Below are positions 54,366 to 64,000 of a DNA stretch of 64,000 nt, piece by piece (the first letter of the stretch is position 1; each line of letters starts with the position of its first letter). Made by a program: the position numbers and the translations under genes. The notes under the pieces are model-generated. The model saw nothing but the letters and a program-made list of their open reading frames with translations, ran no database searches and had not been told where the DNA came from. The DNA comes from Octopus bimaculoides (Eukaryota): NCBI RefSeq assembly GCF_001194135.2, contig NC_068983.1, positions 75,297,150-75,361,149 of the forward strand. Reading direction: 5' to 3'.

Positions 54366-56595
54366 GAGTGTGTCCTAAATACAATTAAACGTGTAGTGCA
54401 GGGATATTAATGAACAGTATAAATGATTATTAATAAATCCAGGACAGCTGGCTTAAACCGAAACAATGACTTATTATAAAAAGAATAATGTTATGTTAAT
54501 AATTAAAAAAAATGTAAAAAGATGTGTGCCAACGAGGGAGTTTCGTTCGAGCTGTTGGAAACAGTAGTTAAATCTCTTATGTTGCACCATACCGTCTTAA
54601 AAAAATGAATAGGACTCATTTGATATGATCTCAGACACACTTTCAGCTGGTCACGGCTGGAATGCCATTGATAATAATAGGTCTCTACTCGATCAGAGCC
54701 CGAACTGGGACTAAATATCAACGACTAAGTATAAGACAGCTTGAGTGTGTTGGCGTGTGTTTGTGCGTCCATCCATGAAACATCGTCACAAAGCTAACAC
54801 GAACCCCAAAGAAGCATTAAAGGAATGATATAGCCGGAGAGAGAGAGAGAGAGAGAGAGAGAGCTAAGTAAATGGACCCAATTCAACACTGCCTCTTCGC
54901 CTTCTCTTAACAGCCCGCTCATTGGACCATAATAACAATATTGTATAGTCTCTTGTGTTTGACCGAAGAATGAGAAAACAATCGCTATTGTGTTTTGAAA
55001 CTATACACCCACTAATAAAAAAAAAAAAACACTCATATACCCACAAATCCACACATTCATGTATAGACACTCTCTTACTCCCGATCATACACCCACACAC
55101 TTTCGTACACATGGACTGTTTTACACGTGCGCGCGCCAACATACATACACGTACACACGTTCTCATAAATACATACACAATGCACGCTTACGCACACGTT
55201 CATACCCTCTGTTTTATGAACATTACGTATATACTATAGTACAATAATTCAAAAACAGTCTCTCCCATGCATACACTTTCTCTACTATACAGAAAAATTA
55301 CACGCTAACTCATCTAGTGACATGATTAATACAACTACGGATAAAGCTTCCCAAAACAATGCTACTGTTGTTTGTATTAGCCACATTAAGTAAGATATGT
55401 GTTTAAGTATATAATGTATGTGTAAAATAACGTGTTTACATTTTGTTGTAACGTCAGTGTAGCAGAATGTATCAAAGTATCATCGATATTCCTGGTAAAT
55501 TCTCTTTTAGAGAAAAAGAGCAAACTCACTAGTAGAAATACTAGCGTTATATCCTTAACGATGTTGTTTCAATGGGAGCGCGAAAGAGAGAAAGAAAAGA
55601 AGTGGAGAAGACAAAAAAAAGTCGAAAGCAAGATATCTATTAAAAGAATCAACATGAAAATGCGATTCACTCCTCGATCTCCTTCTCGGAATACAATACT
55701 AAAATAATTTTTTTTTACAATTGCCAAAAATATGGGTTAGAGAGAGAAAGAGAGAGAGAGGGGTGGATAGAGAGAACCCAGAAATATTAGATAGGAATGG
55801 TTTGTAATAACAGAGTATGAAAGGGGGAACTTTAGTGCTATGTCAGTACGAATCATCTTTTTGGAATCTTTTTAGGGAGGATTCTGGGAGCACAACACGG
55901 GATGGTTAGAGCTCCTATGGTTCAGAGAGAGGGTGTCTGTGATTTTAGATTTGAACAAGCATTGGCACAATTAATTATTGCAATTGTTACTATTTTGGTG
56001 AGAGATACTCGAGTGGAATGGAGTGGAGTGAAGTGTAGCTAGAGACGTAAATAAAGTGTTTGTGGACATGGATGACAAATCTGAGATGAATGAATGGCGC
56101 GTGTGAGCAGAGGTTATATGTGCGTATGTTTATATGAGAATGCTGAGTGTGTATTATCTTCATGTATCAGATATGTAGGGTAGAGAAACAAAGAACGAAT
56201 ATGAAAGGTGGGGAATATAAAAATATCTAGCAACATGAATGCATTCGTTGAATGAGGTTTGTATCACACTTATTTCATATTGATATGTTTGAGTATAAAT
56301 GTGTATTGTATATGAATATCTAAGGCATTTTCGATAGTGCATATACAAGTGTAAGATACATAATTAAATTATATGCAAATATAGATAGGCAGATAAATTC
56401 ATATATACATATAAGCATATAGAGATGTAGATATACATATAGATAGATAAGGATAAACAGATAGACAAATAAATAAATGGATGGAGAAAATGAAAGATCC
56501 ACTAGTTAGTTTAGAGAGAATATTAAGTAGACCGAAAGAGAAAGAGACAAACAAACAAAACAACTCAACACAAAAGTAAAACAACCCAATCTTAC

Positions 56596-56675
56596 CTGTG
56601 GAATAACTGCTGCTGAGAGCGGAGCGTGGAAATTTGGTCCTTGTATGAGTGTATCTCCAATTTTAACTGTAAGGT
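56596..56675 (-). CDS. Best candidate exon (80 nt) of an unidentified minus-strand gene
   Basis: Acceptor TTTTTTCCTTTCGATTTTTGTAG and donor CAG|GTAAGA; non-repetitive and GC-richer than its flanks. Two open frames: LTVKIGDTLIQGPNFHAPLSAAVIPQ or TLQLKLEIHSYKDQISTLRSQQQLFH. Confidence 0.5.
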
Positions 56676-58078
56676 CTACAAAAATCGAAAGGAAAAAAAA
56701 TATATAAAGAGGCTACACTCGACTCACACTTGACAACGAATGGCTGTTGAAGGGTTTGGTTTTTGTTCTATATTAGGATTTATTTACTTTCTTTTTGTGT
56801 GTAAGTGGCTTGAGTTACTCTAGACCAACAGTGAGATGTGTGAGAAGGGTTTTAATGACATGAAGCAAGCAGATGAAGGAGTAGAGGAGTAGCAGTAAGA
56901 GGAGAAGTAAGAGAATTTAATAGAGAAATAGAGGCAGGGAGTAAAAGAGTGAGGAAGTGAAAGAAAAAGTGAATAGAAAGACAGAGTAGGAGTGGAAAGA
57001 AACGCAAAGCTGTAGAGAAAGACAAATTCAGATAAGAGAGTGAGAAGAAATGCTCAGGAAAGACTAAGAGATGACAAAGTAACCAACTAGTGTTAGTGTA
57101 TGAGTGTTAGTCACAGCAATTATCTGACCTTTTTGTTTGTAAACACAATTGCATGTTCGTGTGTGTGTGTAATATATGTTACACGTGCATCCCCCTCCTT
57201 TCTGTTTGTCTCTCTCTCTCAATTTCACACAATGCATGTATGTATATGTGTGTGTGTGCGTTTATATATACATGTATATATATATATATNNNNNNNNNNN
57301 NNNNNNNNNNNNNNNNNNNNNNNNNNNNNNNNNNNNNNNNNNNNNNNNNNNNNNNNNNNNNNNNNNNNNNNNNNNNNNNNNNNNNNNNNNNNNNNNNNNN
57401 NNNNNNNNNNNNNNNNNNNNNNNNNNNNNNNNNNNNNNNNNNNNNNNNNNNNNNNNNNNNNNNNNNNNNNNNNNNNNNNNNNNNNNNNNNNNNNNNNNNN
57501 NNNNNNNNNNNNNNNNNNNNNNNNNNNNNNNNNNNNNNNNNNNNNNNNNNNNNNNNNNNNNNNNNNNNNNNNNNNNNNNNNNNNNNNNNNNNNNNNNNNN
57601 NNNNNNNNNNNNNNNNNNNNNNNNNNNNNNNNNNNNNNNNNNNNNNNNNNNNNNNNNNNNNNNNNNNNNNNNNNNNNNNNNNNNNNNNNNNNNNNNNNNN
57701 NNNNNNNNNNNNNNNNNNNNNNATAACATACAAGAGGAATTCTTGATTTATTGAAATTATTTCTGCATTTAAGAGTGTAGACTAATTGTTTAGTAGCATT
57801 TAGGATTTAGTCCAAATGAGGAGATAATCTAAGAATCAAAAGTTCTCCAAAACTGACATGACATGCAAAGAAAAACAGTGATTGTCTGCAGACAACAAAA
57901 CAGCTGTGAACGCAGGTTTCTGCTTCATTATCCGTCGGCACCAAAAGAAATTTTGCTACTTTATCTTCAGCAGAAGACACTGAGCCACAGTGCTGGATTA
58001 ACCATTCAGTAAAAACAAAAGCACATGTTTAGGGCACCAAGGGAAGGGGAGTGAATCACAGAAATGGTAAATGGTTTA

Positions 58079-58300
58079 AAGGCGGCGAGCTGGCAGAAAC
58101 GTTAGCACGCCGGGCGAAATGCTCAGCAGTATTTCGTCTGCCGCTACGTTCTGAGTTCAAATTCCGCCGAGGTCGACTTTGCCTTTCATCCTTTCGAGGT
58201 CGATAAATTAAGTACCAGTTACGCACTGGGGTCGATGTAATCGATTTAATCCCTTGTTTGTCCCCTCTATGTTTAGCCCCTTGTGGGCAGTAAAGATATA
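58079..58300 (+). mobile_element. Young SINE (family D, central domain resembling Deu/Nin-type) with a perfect 19-bp TSD
   Basis: TSD AGAAATGGTAAATGGTTTA at 58060-58078 and 58301-58319; core GCCTTTCATCCTTTCGAGGTCGATAAA. Older copies lie near 28800, 30250, 31330, 32740, 32960, 53340 and 61220. Confidence 0.9.
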
Positions 58301-59195
58301 AGAAATGGTAAATGGTTTACGGCAGAAAACAAATCGTTTTAAATTTGCTAAAATAATATTCGAAGTGGTTTATATGAGGGGAAATATAATTTCGAAGGTT
58401 TATGGTGTCATAGTGAGGATCTGATCAAAGATTTTTCTTAGAAAAATAAAAAGTAGAAAAGTTATCAGATATAAATAAAGTGGAAGTATACAAAATAAAC
58501 ATTATTTTCCATTTTGTTTCATTAAAAACAAAATTAAAATGTATTTTATGATTTATTATTGTTTATATTTTGAATTACATATATATATATATATATATAT
58601 ACATATATGGATGTGGGATGCACTAAAGTCTTTTAAGTGCTTAGGGCCCCTATTTGTTTTAATCCAGTCCTAAGACAAACAAAAAAGTAGTGTACACTAC
58701 ATTTATGGCGTATGAAACTTGCATAGATTAGACGAAAATGGGCTCAAAGAAATAATTTGGAGAAGTCAGTGACATGTATTTGAAGAACGAATATAAATAT
58801 AATAACATAGACATAATATATAATATAATATAGATATAGATATAATAGATAATAATAAATATAGAAATAATAAATAACGTAGATATATTTTATAAATATA
58901 TGTATATGTACCCATGTGTGTGTGTAAGCGCGCACGTGCACGCGTTGTACCTTTTGCCTTGCTTCTGTCGATCCATAGTTATATTTTAAGCAAAAGAAAT
59001 ATTTTCTGTATAAAACAAGAAAAGTTGTAGGCTGCAGAAAATGCGTCCATGGACGTTAACAAACTGTTTGTATACGCTCTCCCAGCCACTTATATGTGTG
59101 CATTGTCTACTCGTGGTTTGTCCCTTGAATTTCAGCTGGTTGGCTGAATATAATTTTCTTCAGGTAAAAAATATTTGCTACATAATCTGTTTATT

Positions 59196-59416
59196 CAGCG
59201 TACCACTCGTATATGCTCTCCGAATCATTTATACGTAGTTCGTTAATCAAATTTCAGTTCGTTAACCCAGTTTAATTTTCTTCGGAAAAAACGTTCGTTA
59301 TTAAATTTGTTCGTTTAAAGAACAGTGCGTTATCCCAGTTTAATTTTCTTCGGAAAAAAACGTTCGTTATTAAATTTGTTCGTTTAAAGAACCGTTCGTA
59401 TATGAGTAACCCACTG
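59196..59416. mobile_element. Tc1/pogo-like MITE with an internal duplication of about 65 bp
   Basis: Imperfect TIRs CAGCGTACCACTCGTATA / TATGAGTAACCCACTG-TA; duplicated CCCAGTTTAATTTTCTTCGG...AAAGAAC. Confidence 0.6.
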
Positions 59417-60139
59417 TATATATGAGCCGGGACATAGAAATACTCGAGTTGGTGTCCGAGGGATTTCTGGTCTTTGTCAAGGCATCCCTCAAGGAGAAGG
59501 TTAACTCGTATATAATTCCTACTGCTCTACTGGGCCGGATATCTTGCAATTTGCCTGACTCTGGGCTTCTCGGCATTGCTAGTAAGAGGTGTTGTGGTAT
59601 TCTGCAAGCCGCACTCGACTTAAAACCCTTGCTTGCGTGGACATTGCTGACACTTCAACCTGTCGGCGATGGTCATGCTCGTCTAACGAGCATAATGTAT
59701 GTATGCATGCATGCATGCATGCGTGCATACATTTTTTGTGCATGTATGTATGTATATAGGTATGTATGCATGTATGTATGTGTATGTCTGTATATGCATG
59801 CATGTATGTATGTACGTACGTATGTTTGCATGCATGCATGTATGTATAGATGGATGGATAGAGGGACCAGACAGGCAGACAGACAGAGATCCCTTGTCGA
59901 GTCCAACATTACTATCATGGCCCTGCTCGGACCACTTCTCACAGGCCTTCCTTCCCAGAACTGTCAGTTTTCTGCAATCTTCCATCCGTTCGTGTCTTTC
60001 TTGCAGGTATTGAACATTAATGGCATGAAGATCATTACTCTTGGAGGATTTGTACAGAATATGGAAACTCAGTAAGACACACACATACGTACAAGCATAC
60101 ATACATGTGAGTAAGTGTGTGTGTGTGCGTGTGTGTGTA

Positions 60140-60530
60140 ATAGGTGCAGGAGTAGCTCAATGGTAAGAAGCTTACTTCCCAACCACATGGTGCTGGGTTC
60201 AGTCCCATTGCGTGGTACTTTGGGTAAGTGTCTTCAACTATTTCCTCGAGCCGACCAAAGTTTTGAGCGCATTTGGTAGATGGAAACTGAAAGAAGCCCG
60301 TCGTATATGTATGTGCGTGTGAGTGTGTGTACTTGTTTACGCGTGTTTGTGTGTGTATGTGTGTGTGACCGCTCGGCAATCGGTGTTGGTGTGTTTACAG
60401 CTTCGTAAGCTAGCGGTTCGGCAAAAAAGACTAATAGAATAAGTAACCAAGCTCAAAATTATCTAATCGATTAAAATTCTTCGTACACCAGCATGGCCGC
60501 AGTCTAATGACTGAAACAAGAAAAAGAATA
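60140..60530 (+). mobile_element. SINE family A, diverged but CpG-retaining
   Basis: Full head to tail. Confidence 0.85.
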
Positions 60531-61019
60531 AACGAATACACACACCCACACAAATATATATTCACACAAACCCGAATATAACTATGTGTACCGTGTTTCT
60601 GAAAATATAATCTTCTGTAATACAATACAATAAACCTACTATAAACACTTCATAATGTAACTAATCTACATTCAGTTATAAACATCGCATAAAATTTCCT
60701 ACAAAATGCTGAACATGACTGCAGGGCTTTTTCCTACATTGAAACAAGGACTGAAGTAAATTCGATTCGTACTCTAAGTAACAAAAAAAACAAAAATGCA
60801 GTCTAATTATGGTGCTGGTTATAGGTGCTACAGTATTTGGACCCATTAATGTTTGTGTGTGTGTATACATGTGTATGTATATCATTTTACTTGGATCGTA
60901 CAATACAATTTTCGACGCTTATAAAGAAAAAACAAATTTTTGTTTATATTTATATTTATATATACGTAGTTTTTCATTTTGCTATTTAGCGTCTAAATTT
61001 GCGGATAAATTTGTCAGTG

Positions 61020-61090
61020 GGCAGTTTAGCTTTCTGGTGAAGCACTTAACCGGAGTCCCGAGGGATGTGGGTTCGAGTCCCATGGCTGTT
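61020..61090 (+). pseudogene. tRNA-like relic / isolated SINE head
   Basis: T-arm GTGGG-TTCGAGT-CCCAT and a wobble-paired acceptor stem, but the anticodon stem does not pair; T run follows. Confidence 0.5.
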
Positions 61091-61646
61091 TGTTGACACA
61101 TTTTTCCGCTTTGTAGGGTAATTCACACAGTATTTCATATTTCCAATTGGCGTAATGTGCTTTGTATTTCTTCCATTTTTATTATATAAGTTTATCTCAA
61201 CGGAGCAATTTTAATTATCTCGTCTTTACGTTCTGAGCTCAAATTTCGTCGAGGTCGACTTTTCCTTTCATCTTTTGGGATCGATAAAATAAGTACCAGT
61301 TGATCATTGGGATCTATGTAGTCGACTATCCCTCTCCCTAAAATGTCAAGCCTTGTGCCGATTGTAGAAACAATTATCTATCTCGTTCTTAGCACTCTTG
61401 TGGTTTATGATAACGAATCGAAACGGTAAAATTTTCGTAAGCAATAATCGATATAAGGAAAAAGAAATAAAACTAAAATCATTGTTATCAAAAAAAAAAA
61501 AAAAATTGGAATCCAAAGAAATAATAAAGGTGTTGTTCACCACGTCTGACTGGATATTGTTGAAGAGTACCAATATTTCCAATGAAAGTTCACGATAGGA
61601 AGTTCGTGAGTTTGTGATCACAGACCGAAAGAATTACCGAGCTTAC

Positions 61647-61667
61647 AACAATGGATCACTTATTAGG
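61647..61667 (-). other. Candidate 21-nt micro-exon (coding LISDPL, or 5' UTR)
   Basis: Acceptor GTTTTTGGTTTATTTAG and donor GTAAGC. Confidence 0.25.
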
Positions 61668-62529
61668 CTAAATAAACCAAAAAACAGGAACACTGTTACA
61701 CATCAGTTCAATATGCGAACACCATGCATACATACACACATATATGCACAAACACACACATAAATAAGCAGCACACCCACGCATGGCCACTTTTAACAGC
61801 TGCGGTAAAAAACAGATTTGATGCACTTCTTTTTATATCACTAAATAATAGAGTTTACGCGTGCATGAATACTATATTCCACTTCAACTAAGCCTGACTC
61901 CCTCCTTATCTATCTCTCTGTCCGTCTGTTTGTCTGTCTGTCCCGTGTATGTACACACATATGCACACGCACACACACACACACACTCTCTCTCTCTTTC
62001 TCTCAATAGCATCGAGCAGTGAGAATGAATGCTCAACATGCTTTTGATGGATAAATATTCTTTATTCATAGATTAAAAACGCTACTAATGGTTTCATGTG
62101 GTGAGACTTTCCAGAATTGTCAAGCGATCCACTTAAAACGCTGGCCATCACCTCTATTTTGGATGAGAATACACCAGATTACATGATTCTATGCAGGACT
62201 TCAACATGATTGCACCGACGAAGGAAGTTAATTTAAATTTCTTAATTGTTATTTCCCTTGCATTGGCTTTGGGATTTTGCAAAAATTCATGTTCAACATA
62301 GATTAATTACATTATGCAAGAACCTTCGCACATACCTGTGAGCGTGTGTGTGTGTGTGTGTGTGCGTGTGTATCCAGCGTACCTTTTGTATGTGTATGTG
62401 TATGTATATTTTATCATGTATGGGGTTTTCACAGGTTTTGAACGAAAATTAGTTCATGAAGTTATAGTTCATAGAAATAGAAATATATTTTGCGAATCGT
62501 GTGACATCTTGAATAGAGATCCCTTCCGG

Positions 62530-62846
62530 TCATGAATGACCATGGGATTGCACCTTGAAAATTCCCCTCCAAGGCACAAGTCAGGTATTTTGTGGAAGAC
62601 CAGCAGTTGCCCATGCATACCAGTCTCCCCTCTCCACGCCACCGATGTTGTCTAAGGGAAAAGAAAAGGCTGATACAGCTTGGCACCTGTGACGTCGCAA
62701 ACTATTTCTACAGCTGATTGAACTAGAGCTACGTGAAATAAAGTATCTTGCTCAAGAACACAACACACAGCCCTGTCTGGTATTCGATCTCACAACCTCA
62801 CGGTTGTAAGCGCGACGCTCTAACCACTGAGTCATGCGCCTTCACT
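62530..62846 (-). mobile_element. tRNA-derived SINE (family B)
   Basis: Minus-strand head GTGAAGGCGCATGACTCAGTGGTTAGAGCGTCGCGC...GATCGAATACC. Confidence 0.85.
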
Positions 62847-63105
62847 ATGGCTCGAAGCCGCTGCACGTCTCGACCCACGCGCGGAGCGCTTCTGCGGCTG
62901 CGACGGCCCGTATGCGTCGAATTCAGTGTAATATTTGCGCCGCGACCAATGCGAAAAGCCAACCGTATCGTTGCGACTGGAGTCAGAGAGCGTTGTGTTT
63001 TACCTTGGACGGACGGACTGGGCGTCGCCGACGACGAGCAACTCAGGCTCCTGAACAACTTTTTACAGCGTGAGCCCGGCTGCGACCTATGATCGCGGCT
63101 TCGTA
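62847..63105. promoter_or_regulatory. CpG-rich unique patch, candidate promoter / first exon
   Basis: Densest CpG segment of the window and not matched elsewhere in it; CCAAT at about 62946; possible minus-strand donor CAAG|GTAAAA at 63004/63003. Confidence 0.45.
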
Positions 63106-63960
63106 TCTTGAATATGTGTTATACATTTGTTATACATATCTGTACTGCTTAGAATTTCAGCATGAGTTCTTGGGAGTATATGTCTATTATACATACTTTA
63201 TATATAATTAATATCCGAAATTTATCTTGGCTGGATATCCTGGTGGCAAGGTGGATGAAGAGTGATACACGAAATTTCGTAAGTTTCTCCGCCTATACAT
63301 TTTATGAGCCAAATCTGGTCTTAGTTTATAATTCTCCTGACCACTCTTTTAATTAAACTCTAAATTCGTAACTCCTGCTTTAACGGTTAGAGCAAAATTG
63401 CCCCTATTAGATTCCCCCCTCTTCTTTCTCTGTTTCTCTTTTCCCTTGCCTACACACTCTAGGGCTCAGAAAATAGGTCTGTTAGCTGGGAGGCGATTTC
63501 TACTCCCCCACCACAAACATCATAAATATTCTCATTATTTGATTCCTGAGCAATTGTCAAGTTATCTATTTGATAGATTTTCTCACTTTCAGTTGTCGCT
63601 GGTGAAATAAATGTTTACCTATCAGATGAATTTCTCTAAGTGGAACTGTTTGTAATGACTGACCACGAGCATACACCAAGATAAACCGATTTGCCACATG
63701 TGGTCCTACCTTCTTCTTCTTCTTCCTTTGCTCCTTCCTTTTCTTCTTCACTTTTGTCTTCTTCTGCTCGTTTTTCCTCCTCCTCGTCCTCTTTCTCATT
63801 CTTCTGCGTATCTTTCCTATTGATTCCGCCCCTACTACATAATCTCTACCCAACTTACTCATCCCATATCCACACTACACTTATGTTTTTGTTTCCTCCC
63901 GATATAAGTCAAAATACAAAGTCTGGAAGACGCACAATGTGACACATCTTTGACTCAAGA

Positions 63961-64000
<40 letters not shown>

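Noticed and set aside
56860-57070. Purine-rich tract (and the CT-rich tract at 63690-63830) as coding or triplex elements
   Set aside because: Degenerate (GA)n low-complexity sequence with no further support.
61020-61090. Functional tRNA gene
   Set aside because: The anticodon stem does not pair; it is more likely a SINE head or tRNA pseudogene. All other tRNA-like segments are SINE heads.
62748-63092. 114-aa Arg-rich ORF as a real protein
   Set aside because: It starts inside a SINE and is open because of high GC; no recognisable domain.

Overview
This is a eukaryotic, AT-rich, repeat-dense window from a gapped draft assembly (nine N runs). It contains no intact long ORF, rRNA, CRISPR array or prokaryotic gene. 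Almost all supplied ORFs are artefacts of N gaps or (CA/TG/TA)n microsatellites. The repeat complement resembles, from recall, an octopus/coleoid cephalopod genome (inference, not database-checked). It includes several tRNA-headed SINE families, many RTE LINE 3' ends with (GAT)n tails, one CR1-type LINE fragment, and small DNA-transposon derivatives (mariner, Tc1, piggyBac, hAT/Buster, MULE-like) with readable TIRs/TSDs and several nested insertions. The only protein-coding remnants I can identify with confidence are transposon fragments. Isolated short segments with good minus-strand splice sites suggest the window is mostly introns of one long minus-strand gene that I cannot name. A CpG-rich patch near 63 kb and better CpG retention to the right of about 50.5 kb would fit a promoter at the right end. 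The best second-look items are a pre-miRNA-like hairpin at 5.1 kb, the micro-exon chain, large foldback elements and the CpG boundary. I see no convincing evidence for a wholly new multi-gene system.
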